The notes beneath the pieces were generated by a model. That model searched no databases. It had not been told where the DNA came from and worked only from the letters and a program-made list of their open reading frames with translations. From a virus, in IMG/VR virus record IMGVR_UViG_3300046820_002137, positions 1-64,000 of that record: DNA of 64,000 bases, one strand, 5' to 3'. Positions 7,758-17,204 of the stretch are shown piece after piece (positions within the stretch are counted from its first letter, which is position 1; each line of letters starts with the position of its first letter). A program made the translations under genes and the position numbers.

Positions 7758-9488
7758 TTAGAAATTTAAATCATCATCCAAAATAGTAACTATGTCATTA
7801 CCTGCATAATCAAAATTAGTTATGTTTTTGTCCTCCCAAATTAAATCCTGAGAAGCTTTCAATAAATTAAAAATGTTTGTAGGTCTACCAGGTCTAGTTG
7901 AAATTCCAATAGGTTCTTCAAATTTAGAATCGGATTTAAATTCTTTACTACCAATTTTACATACAATTTTGGGTAACTCAAATAAATTATACACCAATGA
8001 ATTGTTCATTCTCTCATCCAAAATTTCAAGAGCAAAATTCCAATCAAGTCCAGGGTCTTGATTAAATCTACCTCTTGTTTGAACTCTATCAATTCTCATA
8101 GAATGTCCCATACTTATTCTATATTCAACCGTCAATCTTTCTTTAGATTCTTTATCACCCTTTCTAAGTGAAACAATTAATGCAGAAGCTCTTTGAATAT
8201 ATCCTTTAACACAATTTGACTGAACAAACGATTCTAAATTATACTCTTTGGATGTTTTTAAAATCTCAGGATAATATGTTTCAGTTTCATACTTAATCTC
8301 ATTTGAGATATAGTCAACAAACCTGTCTCCATAAATTCGAGTGTAAGTTCCTTTTGTATAATACTGATTCGACTCAGTTAGATTAAGGTGTTCTTCTCTG
8401 AATTCATCATAGGTAGTTGAGTTCCATCTAACGTGTTCAAACCTTCTAATATTTCTAATGAATCTAAAGTGGTCAATATATGTATGAACATCAACTTCGC
8501 CCTTAGCAACTAATTTGAATATTTCAAATATATTATTTCTCTCTTTCTTTGAGGTTATTATGGAGAAGTCCGCGTAGAATTCACTATTACAAGTGGATTC
8601 AAACATACTAATGATAACATCGTCACTCTGACCTAAGATATAATCTTTCCCAAAGAAATTTATGGCGGACCTAAATAAATTTGGATTGAAGTTGTCTACT
8701 TTATGTAAAATTCTTTTTACCTTGTCCCCCGTCAATCCATTTAAAGCCATTATGGAATCCAAATATTTTGGCCCATTCTTCTTATAATCTTTAGTTTTTG
8801 GTTGTGGGTACATACAACTAAACACGGCCCAGTTGTCACAAAGTTTGATTCCCTTTTTTGTCAGTATGGTTTTATAAATTGTTTGACTTGATATTTTATT
8901 GGTGTGATACTGTACACCAGGAATATTTGCCAAAAATTCTTTGACCGCATTGTGACCAAATATGTTATTTATTTTTCTTTCGGGGCGGTCCTCAAAAACA
9001 TGATTGTACCACAAATTTATTGTAATAATTGTGTCTGTGATAATATCTCTATCGAAAGTATGAATCTTAACATGTTTTAAAGCCTTTCGTTTCTTATGAA
9101 AATTAATTATTTTACCAACGTATAAACAATTTCGTTTAACATTATAAGAAACATAATGACAAGTGGTACTAACACGATAAAAAACTTCACCAACTCTTTT
9201 GGTTCGTGAATACATAAAGTATTTGAGGGTGACTTTATCCTCATTCTTAACTACAAAAATACTCAACCTTTTATGTGTTAAGGTACACAAGGTATTCTTT
9301 TTGTTCAATTCGAAATATTCTTTGGTAAGATTTGTGGACTTTTCAGCCCACGATGTTCTTAACCTAGTGTTTCCAAATATATCAAAAACATCAATCTCAT
9401 TTTCTTTTTCTCTATGTTCCAATACATTAAAGTCAAAGAAATCAATTGTTTGAAATGTCTCAAATTTTTGGCTATATACTTCTTGCAT
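7758..9488 (-). CDS. Protein with C-terminal PcfJ-like domain
   Basis: ESFVQSNCVKGY...IVSLR...RLTVEY...VQTRGRFN pattern. Confidence 0.7.
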   Translation of the reverse strand: MQEVYSQKFETFQTIDFFDFNVLEHREKENEIDVFDIFGNTRLRTSWAEKSTNLTKEYFELNKKNTLCTLTHKRLSIFVVKNEDKVTLKYFMYSRTKRVGEVFYRVSTTCHYVSYNVKRNCLYVGKIINFHKKRKALKHVKIHTFDRDIITDTIITINLWYNHVFEDRPERKINNIFGHNAVKEFLANIPGVQYHTNKISSQTIYKTILTKKGIKLCDNWAVFSCMYPQPKTKDYKKNGPKYLDSIMALNGLTGDKVKRILHKVDNFNPNLFRSAINFFGKDYILGQSDDVIISMFESTCNSEFYADFSIITSKKERNNIFEIFKLVAKGEVDVHTYIDHFRFIRNIRRFEHVRWNSTTYDEFREEHLNLTESNQYYTKGTYTRIYGDRFVDYISNEIKYETETYYPEILKTSKEYNLESFVQSNCVKGYIQRASALIVSLRKGDKESKERLTVEYRISMGHSMRIDRVQTRGRFNQDPGLDWNFALEILDERMNNSLVYNLFELPKIVCKIGSKEFKSDSKFEEPIGISTRPGRPTNIFNLLKASQDLIWEDKNITNFDYAGNDIVTILDDDLNF

Positions 9489-9499
9489 AAAAATAAGTT

Positions 9500-9531
9500 A
9501 AATGATGGGAGAGTTTCCTCTCCCATCATTT
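9500..9531 (-). terminator. Intrinsic terminator after the DUF932 gene
   Basis: 14 bp stem AAATGATGGGAGAG / CTCTCCCATCATTT with GAAA loop on the minus strand. Confidence 0.8.
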
Positions 9532-9533
9532 GA

Positions 9534-10283
9534 TTAGATGTAGGTCTCAGCGAGTTCCCACAATTTTTGGTTAATCATGGTGTCCATGGCCAGTGATGTG
9601 ATTGGTTTCACTTGACGTGATTTGCTGTTCTGTTGTTTAACAAATCCACCACGAATTAGTTTCTCTTGTACCACATTAAATGTGTTCCAAAGTGTCGGGT
9701 CCATGTCATCACGACGGATTGGATTAAGAATACTATCGATTGTCATAGTTGAGATATCCTCGGTATTCTTCCATCGGATTCCCATGGCCTTGGTTGCAAA
9801 ATCAACCTGTTTGTCTGTGCCCATCTTAACCTCAGTCATACGGTTAACAGAACGTTCTATCACAGGAGTTGACTTGATGAATGTTTCAGTAATCATCTCA
9901 ACCTCATCCATTGAGATTTTCATGTGACGTTGATTGAGTGATATCAACTCTTGTTGTGAGATAACAAGTCCGTTAGAACAAACTAGACGGAATAGTCCCG
10001 CCCCAATTTCGAGCTTTGTGGTGCCGTTGTGTGAATTGGTAATGATGGCTTCTACCAAAGAATCACCGACTTTGGGTAGGACTGAGTTCCTCATACGAAC
10101 TGAGTGTCGTCCAAACGGACCCGAACCTACTTGATTTGCCTTTGAGATTTCCCAACCTGCGTCCATAAATTTATTTACGACATCAATGGTGGGGACCATC
10201 ATATAACGGTCAGATAGTTTTGGGGATTTTTCAGTGGTGAATACTGATGGAGCTACTGATTGAAGTTCTTGGATTGTCATCAT
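9534..10283 (-). CDS. DUF932 (DUF945) family protein
   Basis: APSVF...SDRY...T; NSHNG; GLFRLVCSNGLV; TLWNTFNVVQEKLIRGG; NQKLW. Confidence 0.9.
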   Translation of the reverse strand: MMTIQELQSVAPSVFTTEKSPKLSDRYMMVPTIDVVNKFMDAGWEISKANQVGSGPFGRHSVRMRNSVLPKVGDSLVEAIITNSHNGTTKLEIGAGLFRLVCSNGLVISQQELISLNQRHMKISMDEVEMITETFIKSTPVIERSVNRMTEVKMGTDKQVDFATKAMGIRWKNTEDISTMTIDSILNPIRRDDMDPTLWNTFNVVQEKLIRGGFVKQQNSKSRQVKPITSLAMDTMINQKLWELAETYI

Positions 10284-10307
10284 GGGTTATTGTTTTTAAT
10301 TGTGGTA

Positions 10308-10339
10308 CAAATATATGTCGGAAACTCTATCCCACCAAA
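10308..10339 (-). promoter_or_regulatory. Bacteroidota primary-sigma promoter (-33/-7)
   Basis: TTTG-N20-TATATTTG upstream of the DUF932 gene, matching the established TTTG-N19..21-TAnnTTTG consensus. Confidence 0.75.
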
Positions 10340-10630
10340 TTAATTTAAACAAAAAGTTCCGAACTTGTTTTTAACAAATATTTTGTTAATAACTTCCAAC
10401 TCTTCTTTAGAACCCTTAACACCCTTAATATCCAATACAATATCAATTAATTGTTGATTTGTTAGAGTTACTTCGTCTCCATTTTCAACATTTTCAGTAC
10501 AGGCAACCCTTACTTTATCAAAAAAGATATCTTTCATTGAGGTTCCAATAAGTTCGGTTAAATCGTTTGGGTTTTTCTCAAAAAATGAGATAAGTTGGTT
10601 GAGGTAAATTTCAACATCAATGTTCTTCAT
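10340..10630 (-). CDS. Hypothetical protein
   Basis: 96 aa ORF. Confidence 0.7.
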   Translation of the reverse strand: MKNIDVEIYLNQLISFFEKNPNDLTELIGTSMKDIFFDKVRVACTENVENGDEVTLTNQQLIDIVLDIKGVKGSKEELEVINKIFVKNKFGTFCLN

Positions 10631-10642
10631 ACAAAATATTTT

Positions 10643-12007
10643 TTAAGTAAGATAGTAAAATCCTTCTCCTTCGTCAGACAATACCTCTTTAAGCGCCGGT
10701 GGTATCTCAACATTTGGATTTGCTCCTTTAAGATTGAGTAGGGCCAAATTAGGTATGTCCTTGATTGATTCTGGCAAAGATACTAAATCTTTGTTATTTG
10801 CCAAATTCAAAAACTTCAAATTTTTCAAATCACCCAAATTTTCAGGTAATGTTCTTACAATATTTGACATTAGTAAAGCATCAAGGTTCTTAAATCTTGT
10901 AATACTTTCTGGTACGTCAAGTGCAATATTTTCTTTTGATTTATTTGTAACAATAAGATGTTCAATTGTATCAGGTAAACTTTCAAATAGTTCTTCAAAT
11001 CCATAAAGAGCAATAAACTTACCGGCAGAACTATCAGGATAATTAACCTCAACTTTATTACCACCCTTACTCACCAATCCTTTTGCAAACTCAGGTTTGA
11101 AGAACTCTTTAAGTTCTGACATTGGTCCGTTAAGATATTCAACAAGATTGATTTGTCTATCGTGACGGTCCATAAATTGACTTGATGGGAAGTGGAACTG
11201 AAATCTTTCAACAGGAAGTCCTGATTTTTTACCTCTTTGACCTTTATCGTCATTAGGTAATACAACATACAATGGGCCATCCTTAATATAAGTGTTGAAG
11301 TAATTCAAACCAGGTGATGACGTACACCATCTTGATTCCCCTTCCTCAGGAAGGTAATAACCTCCATAGAAACAAGCAGCGTCTTTACCCAACGCTCCTT
11401 GGTCTTGGATTTTAACAAGAGTCCATGTATTACCTCTGAATATAATTTCACCTCCTGGATGTTCGTATGTCTTACTCGCCTCTTCTTTTTCAGATTTACT
11501 AGCCTTAGTTTTTTGTAGACTCAAATCTTTTGTTAACTCATAAACATCATCTGGAGTTAACTTATTAATATCCCTTTTATCTTGGGGGAATTGATTTTTA
11601 AACCTTTCGTATTTTTTAAGGTCATCAGTAACTTTAAACAAGTCCTCCAAGAATACACGTTGCCATTCCTTAACCGCAGATTTAACCTCAGGGCTATTTG
11701 GGTCAGTGATACCACTTTGTAGTTCAATTTTTGGATTCAAAAAGTTCTTTAACAACCATTGACTGTATTTTCCGACTTTAACATTCTCCATTTTTTCAGG
11801 AGTCAATGTGTCTATATCCTCACCTTGTGGTATTCTTGTAGTTGGGTCAGCTAAGATAATGGCCTTCAAAGTTTCAAAGTCCATTAATCCTTTCGCCTTT
11901 CTACCCTCACCCTCAGTACCTTTTGAAGGTTTAACCATTTTGTCATACAGAACTTGGAAACGTGATTGTTCCAAAATCAAATTTGTTAAAAGTTTTGTAA
12001 ATCTCAT
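10643..12007 (-). CDS. Protein with RWCT-motif domain and C-terminal leucine-rich repeats; probable virion protein
   Basis: SRWCTSSPGLNYFNTY...QFHF; LPENLGDLKNLKFLNLANNKDLVSLPESI LRRs; LILEQ motif; TATTTAT upstream. Confidence 0.75.
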   Translation of the reverse strand: MRFTKLLTNLILEQSRFQVLYDKMVKPSKGTEGEGRKAKGLMDFETLKAIILADPTTRIPQGEDIDTLTPEKMENVKVGKYSQWLLKNFLNPKIELQSGITDPNSPEVKSAVKEWQRVFLEDLFKVTDDLKKYERFKNQFPQDKRDINKLTPDDVYELTKDLSLQKTKASKSEKEEASKTYEHPGGEIIFRGNTWTLVKIQDQGALGKDAACFYGGYYLPEEGESRWCTSSPGLNYFNTYIKDGPLYVVLPNDDKGQRGKKSGLPVERFQFHFPSSQFMDRHDRQINLVEYLNGPMSELKEFFKPEFAKGLVSKGGNKVEVNYPDSSAGKFIALYGFEELFESLPDTIEHLIVTNKSKENIALDVPESITRFKNLDALLMSNIVRTLPENLGDLKNLKFLNLANNKDLVSLPESIKDIPNLALLNLKGANPNVEIPPALKEVLSDEGEGFYYLT

Positions 12008-12040
12008 TTGAATGTTTTTACTTAATAAATATCAAATAAA

Positions 12041-12883
12041 TTAAAAATAATTCATAATAAGTAGTTCCTCTCCCATATTTTGGGTCTGTCCTTTCTTAGC
12101 CGCGGCGGCCTTAGCGAACTCTTTCTTTTCCCACCTATATTGGTCTTCAGGAAACCACTCGTGCAAAAGTACGAAATCATAGTAAGATAACGAAAACTTT
12201 CCTTCAATAGTTTTCAACACATTTGCCAGTCTCTCGTGGTCGTCTCGGTCAAAATCGTGGTTTGAGTAGTAATTCTCGGTTTTCCAATACGGGGGGTCAA
12301 GATAAAAATAAGTTGTCGGACTATCAAATTCTTTTATAACATTTTCAAAGTCACCCAATCTAAAATGACTAATCTTATTGAAGTGTTCTACCCACTCAGG
12401 TTTTGATAGTTTGTCTCTGAATGTCAAATACTTTGACTTATACTTACCCTTCAAATCAATAAAAGAACTAGTCTCAGGTTTAGACCCACTGAATACTTGC
12501 GTTAGAACATAAGCATATTTTGCGGCAACATCGTAGTCAGGGTAGTTTATTGTAAATCCATCACCAAATATTTCTTTTTGGAATGTATTAAACTGTTCTC
12601 GGTAAATTGGTGGTGTCACTTCCTCTCCTTGTTGTTGACATGGTATTCTATTTACAGCAGATAACAAAACACCAGGGTTCTGTAAGCACATAAACAAGTT
12701 ATAGTTTAATGGATTGAAGTCGTTATAAACAACCCTTTTTAGTTTGGGGTATTGTTTCAAATCCATATTAAAGAAACACCAGAACATTCCTCCGAATGTT
12801 TCCACGTATGTTTCCATGTCAGTTGGGTAATATGGGACTATCCATTTACCTATTTTTGATTTTCCTCCTATGTAGCTTAGCAT
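12041..12883 (-). CDS. Dam-family (D12 class) DNA adenine methyltransferase
   Basis: YIGGKSK, YVETFGG, VYNDFN, FYLDPPY, LSY, ELLIMNY motifs; specificity not determinable. Confidence 0.92.
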   Translation of the reverse strand: MLSYIGGKSKIGKWIVPYYPTDMETYVETFGGMFWCFFNMDLKQYPKLKRVVYNDFNPLNYNLFMCLQNPGVLLSAVNRIPCQQQGEEVTPPIYREQFNTFQKEIFGDGFTINYPDYDVAAKYAYVLTQVFSGSKPETSSFIDLKGKYKSKYLTFRDKLSKPEWVEHFNKISHFRLGDFENVIKEFDSPTTYFYLDPPYWKTENYYSNHDFDRDDHERLANVLKTIEGKFSLSYYDFVLLHEWFPEDQYRWEKKEFAKAAAAKKGQTQNMGEELLIMNYF

Positions 12884-12889
12884 GATATA

Positions 12890-14146
12890 TTATTGTATTG
12901 TAAGGGCGTATTCAGAGTCCTTATTATTAATGTTTATTTTTTGTACTAATCTTACAACATGTCCTGAGAACTGAACGTTATTTTCACCACTTGCCAATTT
13001 AAACGAACTAACAACATTTTTTATTGTTGATTTTTGTTCAGCGCTTAATTCATCAATAATAAGAAGAACTCTAAGATTGGTTTTGAATGACTCTATTAAT
13101 AATTTTTCAATCTCTCTTTCGATTGAACGTTCTTTAATTTCGGGGTAAATTTCTTTTATCCAACTTATAAACTTAGTTGATTGGATTTCATTGTTATTTA
13201 TATAGTTTATTATTTTATCGACCCAACTTTCAACTGTTTTCATTCTTGTTTGTTCATCAGTTATAATACTAAATGCTGATGCAAATCTCATTAATTGTGG
13301 TATAACAACACTATTTAGATATGTGGATTTGTCAATTTCTCTGTGTTTTTTTTCACCGTAACATTCGTATTCAATTAGATTAATTCTAAATGGATTCTTT
13401 AATTTTTTATCAAATTCAATTAAGATTCCGTCAGGTATTGTTCTAATTCCTTGTACGTTATTTCCGTCAACTTTAAATCCTTTCGTTTTGAATAATCTAT
13501 TTTCAGGAATTAGTAATGTTTTTGTTTCAGGAAATTGAGGAAATAACATATAAAAATTTTCATTAACTAATGGTTCAAGTCCTTTAATTTTATCAGTTTC
13601 GTTTGAAAACTGAACCGTTTGAAAAGTACCCATGATATCAACTTTAACATTAGGTATTTCTTTTTCCAAATTTATGAGTTCTTTTTCATCTTCTATTGTA
13701 ATTTCCCCATATTCTTCATCACTATTCTCAGTAACATAATCATTTTCAAAATTAAATATTCTTTCTGTTTTATTGTTTGAAAATTCTTGTTCTAAAATTT
13801 TAATTGCTTCTTCATCATTAATTGGTTTTGCCCCTTGTATATATTTCATCGCCCAATATTTACCTCCAGCCTCTGAGAGTATTGATATATCAAATGGTTC
13901 ACAAAACTCAATTTGTTTTATAGTAAACACATTTACATATCTCTCAGCATCTTTCCAAGGTTTATAATCTGTTGGCTCATCTAAAATAAATCTTGCCCCG
14001 CACAAACTTTTTTTACCGATTTTAACAGCTAAATAAACTAAATCACCTGATTGGGCACCTCTGTTTGTAAAACCTGATACTTTATCGGTTAAACATAGAT
14101 TATAATTTTCAATTAAAACAGAACAGTGAGAAATTCTTACTTTCAT
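12890..14146 (-). CDS. EVE/PUA-domain + PD-(D/E)XK nuclease fusion, putative modification-dependent endonuclease
   Basis: N-terminal ENYNLC...GF...GDLVYL...PWKDAERY...W...IQG pattern; acidic linker; IPDGIL...LIEYE and IPQL nuclease motifs. Confidence 0.65.
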   Translation of the reverse strand: MKVRISHCSVLIENYNLCLTDKVSGFTNRGAQSGDLVYLAVKIGKKSLCGARFILDEPTDYKPWKDAERYVNVFTIKQIEFCEPFDISILSEAGGKYWAMKYIQGAKPINDEEAIKILEQEFSNNKTERIFNFENDYVTENSDEEYGEITIEDEKELINLEKEIPNVKVDIMGTFQTVQFSNETDKIKGLEPLVNENFYMLFPQFPETKTLLIPENRLFKTKGFKVDGNNVQGIRTIPDGILIEFDKKLKNPFRINLIEYECYGEKKHREIDKSTYLNSVVIPQLMRFASAFSIITDEQTRMKTVESWVDKIINYINNNEIQSTKFISWIKEIYPEIKERSIEREIEKLLIESFKTNLRVLLIIDELSAEQKSTIKNVVSSFKLASGENNVQFSGHVVRLVQKININNKDSEYALTIQ

Positions 14147-14246
14147 TTTACATTTTTTTTTAATAATAGTAAAGAAATCTCAAAAAAGCAAATAAAATAT
14201 TTATAGATTTGAAAATAACCCTTATATTTTATTTAAAATTAATAAT

Positions 14247-14417
14247 ATGGAAAACACAGTAATAGAATCTCAACCAAAAAAATCTTGTAAAAAATGTAAC
14301 TCAGCTGAGACTTTAAAAAAAGTTCCAAAAAGTATGATAGTTTTTACAATATACTTTTTAATGGCGGCGGTTTACGGAACTATAGAAATTGTAAAAGATA
14401 TCATATCTCTCTTCTAA
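14247..14417 (+). CDS. Small membrane protein with CxxC (56 aa)
   Basis: Manual translation MENTVIESQPKKSCKKCNSAETLKKVPKSMIVFTIYFLMAAVYGTIEIVKDIISLF. Confidence 0.65.
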   Translation: MENTVIESQPKKSCKKCNSAETLKKVPKSMIVFTIYFLMAAVYGTIEIVKDIISLF

Positions 14418-15330
14418 ACTTAACATAAAGTCTTACATAAAGGTCCCCTTTACCTCCAATCTTGAACCCTTTAGATTTCACTCTAAGGGGTTTTGACGTA
14501 TCAAACTCAATAGGGAAATTAACTCTAAGTTCCCCATCAGGATGAGGTACGCTAATAGAATTTTTACTTAAGTCTTCTAATGTTAGAAATGAGTTATATA
14601 TTAAATCATTACCTGATTTTTCAAATGTACCATCATTTAATAAGTTTATTTTTAGTATAAGATTACCATAAACCCCGTTGAATGAGTCACCCATTCTATC
14701 AACTCTCAGCATTTGGCCAGTTTCTGAACCATGAGGGATTACAAATGTCATAGTTTCCATTTTTGGTATTGTTCCGACCCCAGAACAAACACCACATTTA
14801 GTTTTTAAAGTAGAACCCTGTCCTCCGCATAAATCACAACTTTGTTGTACCATTTGTATGAACATACCGTTCCCCATTCGTACGGTTATAAAACCTTGTC
14901 CATTACATTTTCTACATGAAATTCTATCCCCTCCAGTTCCATTACAACTTTCACAGTTATGATTTCTTGTGTAGTTTATTGTTTTTTCTGACCCCATATA
15001 TGAATCAAAAATTGTTATGTCCACATTTATTACTTTTTCAGGGACATTATTCTTTTTACGTCGTCCTCCAAATTGTGAAAAGAAGTCTTCAAAAGGATTA
15101 AATCCCCCTCCCATTCCGCCAAATGGATTATTTTTTTCAGCATCATACTGTTTACGTTTTGATTCGTCACCGATTGTATCATAAGCTTCAGATATTTTTT
15201 TAAATACCTGTTCATCACCACCCTTATCAGGATGATGTTCAACAGCCTTTTTTCTGTAAGCTTTTTTAATTTCATCTTGTGATGCGGTTTCTGAAACCCC
15301 TAAAATGTCATAATAACTCTCAGCACTCAT
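14401..15330 (-). CDS. dnaJ: DnaJ co-chaperone
   Basis: J domain with HPD, G/F linker, four CxxCxGxG repeats, C-terminal domain. Confidence 0.95.
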   Translation of the reverse strand: MSAESYYDILGVSETASQDEIKKAYRKKAVEHHPDKGGDEQVFKKISEAYDTIGDESKRKQYDAEKNNPFGGMGGGFNPFEDFFSQFGGRRKKNNVPEKVINVDITIFDSYMGSEKTINYTRNHNCESCNGTGGDRISCRKCNGQGFITVRMGNGMFIQMVQQSCDLCGGQGSTLKTKCGVCSGVGTIPKMETMTFVIPHGSETGQMLRVDRMGDSFNGVYGNLILKINLLNDGTFEKSGNDLIYNSFLTLEDLSKNSISVPHPDGELRVNFPIEFDTSKPLRVKSKGFKIGGKGDLYVRLYVKFRREI

Positions 15331-15371
15331 AATCAATATTTAATATTATTCAATAATTCTTATTATTTGGT

Positions 15372-16013
15372 ATGGACTTCAATTTCCAAATTGTTTTATT
15401 CAAAAATAAAGTAAAAAAGAAAATAATCAATAAGTTTAAAACTTATAAAAAAACAAATAATACTTTCAAAACTCTCATTGAGGAGTCCAACAACGTTATT
15501 TTTCCTGTAAAGTATGAGAACGGTAACCCATCTAATTATGAACTAGCCATATTAGAAAAAAAGTCTAATAAAAAAGAAAAAGTATTTATCAAAGATGAAT
15601 TTGGTAGACAAATAAAGGTTGATTTGGACGACGATGAATTTACAATTAGTAAAATTGTTTCATTCAATGTTGAAGAAGAATTTTTGGATTATCAAACTAA
15701 AAAGAAAATAGATTCTAAGAATTTCATTAAGAAATACCTTTCATCCGCCGGTATTAAAATGATATCAAAATTAAATAACAAAATTGTGGTTCAGATTGAT
15801 GAGTCTTACAATTTGTTCACCTTTAAAAACACTTCGGACTCAGATAGATTTTTAGATGATTTGGGTAATCATTTACGTAAAACAAACAAAAACGATTGTA
15901 TATTAGTAAAAGATTATTCAACAATACACAGGAAATATTTATATGATATTTTGGTTAACCAAGGCTTCCCGAGGCATTATCTTCAGAGACATTCAACAAC
16001 TCATCCAAAATAA
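15372..16013 (+). CDS. Basic hypothetical protein
   Basis: 213 aa Lys-rich ORF divergent from dnaJ. Confidence 0.7.
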   Translation: MDFNFQIVLFKNKVKKKIINKFKTYKKTNNTFKTLIEESNNVIFPVKYENGNPSNYELAILEKKSNKKEKVFIKDEFGRQIKVDLDDDEFTISKIVSFNVEEEFLDYQTKKKIDSKNFIKKYLSSAGIKMISKLNNKIVVQIDESYNLFTFKNTSDSDRFLDDLGNHLRKTNKNDCILVKDYSTIHRKYLYDILVNQGFPRHYLQRHSTTHPK

Positions 16014-16221
16014 AAATAAATTCAACTCCTGATATATCAATTTTAAACTGTGTTAAATCAGGACTTATATTCTTGAATTGTTTTTTTGTTTCTTCGAAAT
16101 CATTTTTTTTCAACTCGACAACTATAACTTTTCTACCATTAACAAATAGATTATCTATCGCGTCAGAAATTAACGCCATTCTTTCTATCGTCCCATAAAT
16201 AATCTCAGAATTATTTTCCAT
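15955..16221 (-). CDS. Hypothetical protein
   Basis: 88 aa ORF in an overlapping gene chain. Confidence 0.6.
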   Translation of the reverse strand: MENNSEIIYGTIERMALISDAIDNLFVNGRKVIVVELKKNDFEETKKQFKNISPDLTQFKIDISGVEFIFILDELLNVSEDNASGSLG

Positions 16222-16370
16222 ATAGTAATCTTTTCCTTTTTAGGAATTATTTCCTCTTTTTTTGTCTTTTTAATTTCTCGGATAAACTTAAGTTTTTCGT
16301 TTTCAATATCTCGTTTATCCTTTTCTATTTCATTTTGTAACCATTGTAGTCGGCTTGAGTTCGTCTTCAT
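16185..16370 (-). CDS. Small coiled-coil protein with amphipathic C-terminus
   Basis: 61 aa ORF overlapping neighbours. Confidence 0.6.
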   Translation of the reverse strand: MKTNSSRLQWLQNEIEKDKRDIENEKLKFIREIKKTKKEEIIPKKEKITIWKIILRLFMGR

Positions 16371-16761
16371 TGTCTTCTAATTCTAAAGTTTGTGTTGACT
16401 TAATATCAAATTTAAGATTTTTCAAATTATTTAAACTCTGTTTTTCAAAAACGTTTTTTAACTCATCAACTTTGGATTGAAATAATCTTTCTTTTTCTTC
16501 TCTTTCCAAATTGTATTTGATGATACTTTTTACATTACCTGAAACCTTTTCAACTTCTTCTTCATTAAATTCAGAAACAAATGAAAATAATTTCTCTCCC
16601 ATATTTTGAGATTCCTGTTGTAAGATTTTGTCTTCTTCAATATACTTCTTAGGTAATTTCCATGATTCAGGAAAACTAACATCAAAACTAAGATAATTTT
16701 TTAATTTCCTGACCGATTGTAAGTAAGGAAATAAACTAGAAAATTCTTTATATAGACTCAT
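16330..16761 (-). CDS. Hypothetical protein
   Basis: 143 aa ORF. Confidence 0.7.
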   Translation of the reverse strand: MSLYKEFSSLFPYLQSVRKLKNYLSFDVSFPESWKLPKKYIEEDKILQQESQNMGEKLFSFVSEFNEEEVEKVSGNVKSIIKYNLEREEKERLFQSKVDELKNVFEKQSLNNLKNLKFDIKSTQTLELEDNEDELKPTTMVTK

Positions 16762-16765
16762 ATGA

Positions 16766-16951
16766 TTATCGAAATAAATAAGTTATGATGTATGAAACTG
16801 TTAACCCTAAGATAACAAGCTCCCTATCACTTTTCAAGACTCTTATGTCTGAATTTTGTGATAGGGCGCCTATTAACCTAACTGTTGCTCTTAAAACAAC
16901 TAAAACTGAAAAAATGAAAATGAAAAAAAATAAATTATCTATATTAAGCAT
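16766..16951 (-). CDS. Small two-TM membrane protein
   Basis: Likely start MLNIDN at 16951; two hydrophobic segments. Confidence 0.65.
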   Translation of the reverse strand: MLNIDNLFFFIFIFSVLVVLRATVRLIGALSQNSDIRVLKSDRELVILGLTVSYIITYLFR

Positions 16952-17126
16952 TCTCAGTTTTTTTTCTTTCTTCCAAAATTTCACCTCTCAAGGTTTGTAA
17001 CAAAGCCTTAAGTTCTTGAGCCGATTTTCTAGCTCTTGTTCCCGCACTTTTATTTCCCTTGAAGAATTTGGTCGCGTCTACTGACAACTCTTCTGTCAAT
17101 GACTTGATTTTTTCTAAAGTTTCCAT
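16944..17126 (-). CDS. Histone H1-like (Hc1-family) small basic protein
   Basis: DATKFFKGNKSAGTRARKSAQELKALLQTLR signature. Confidence 0.85.
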   Translation of the reverse strand: METLEKIKSLTEELSVDATKFFKGNKSAGTRARKSAQELKALLQTLRGEILEERKKTENA

Positions 17127-17204
17127 CGTAAATATTTTTTACAAATTTATTATTAATTAATATTAATTTTTCCTTCTTGGTAGTAAAGAGAAAAACAATT
17201 TTTT

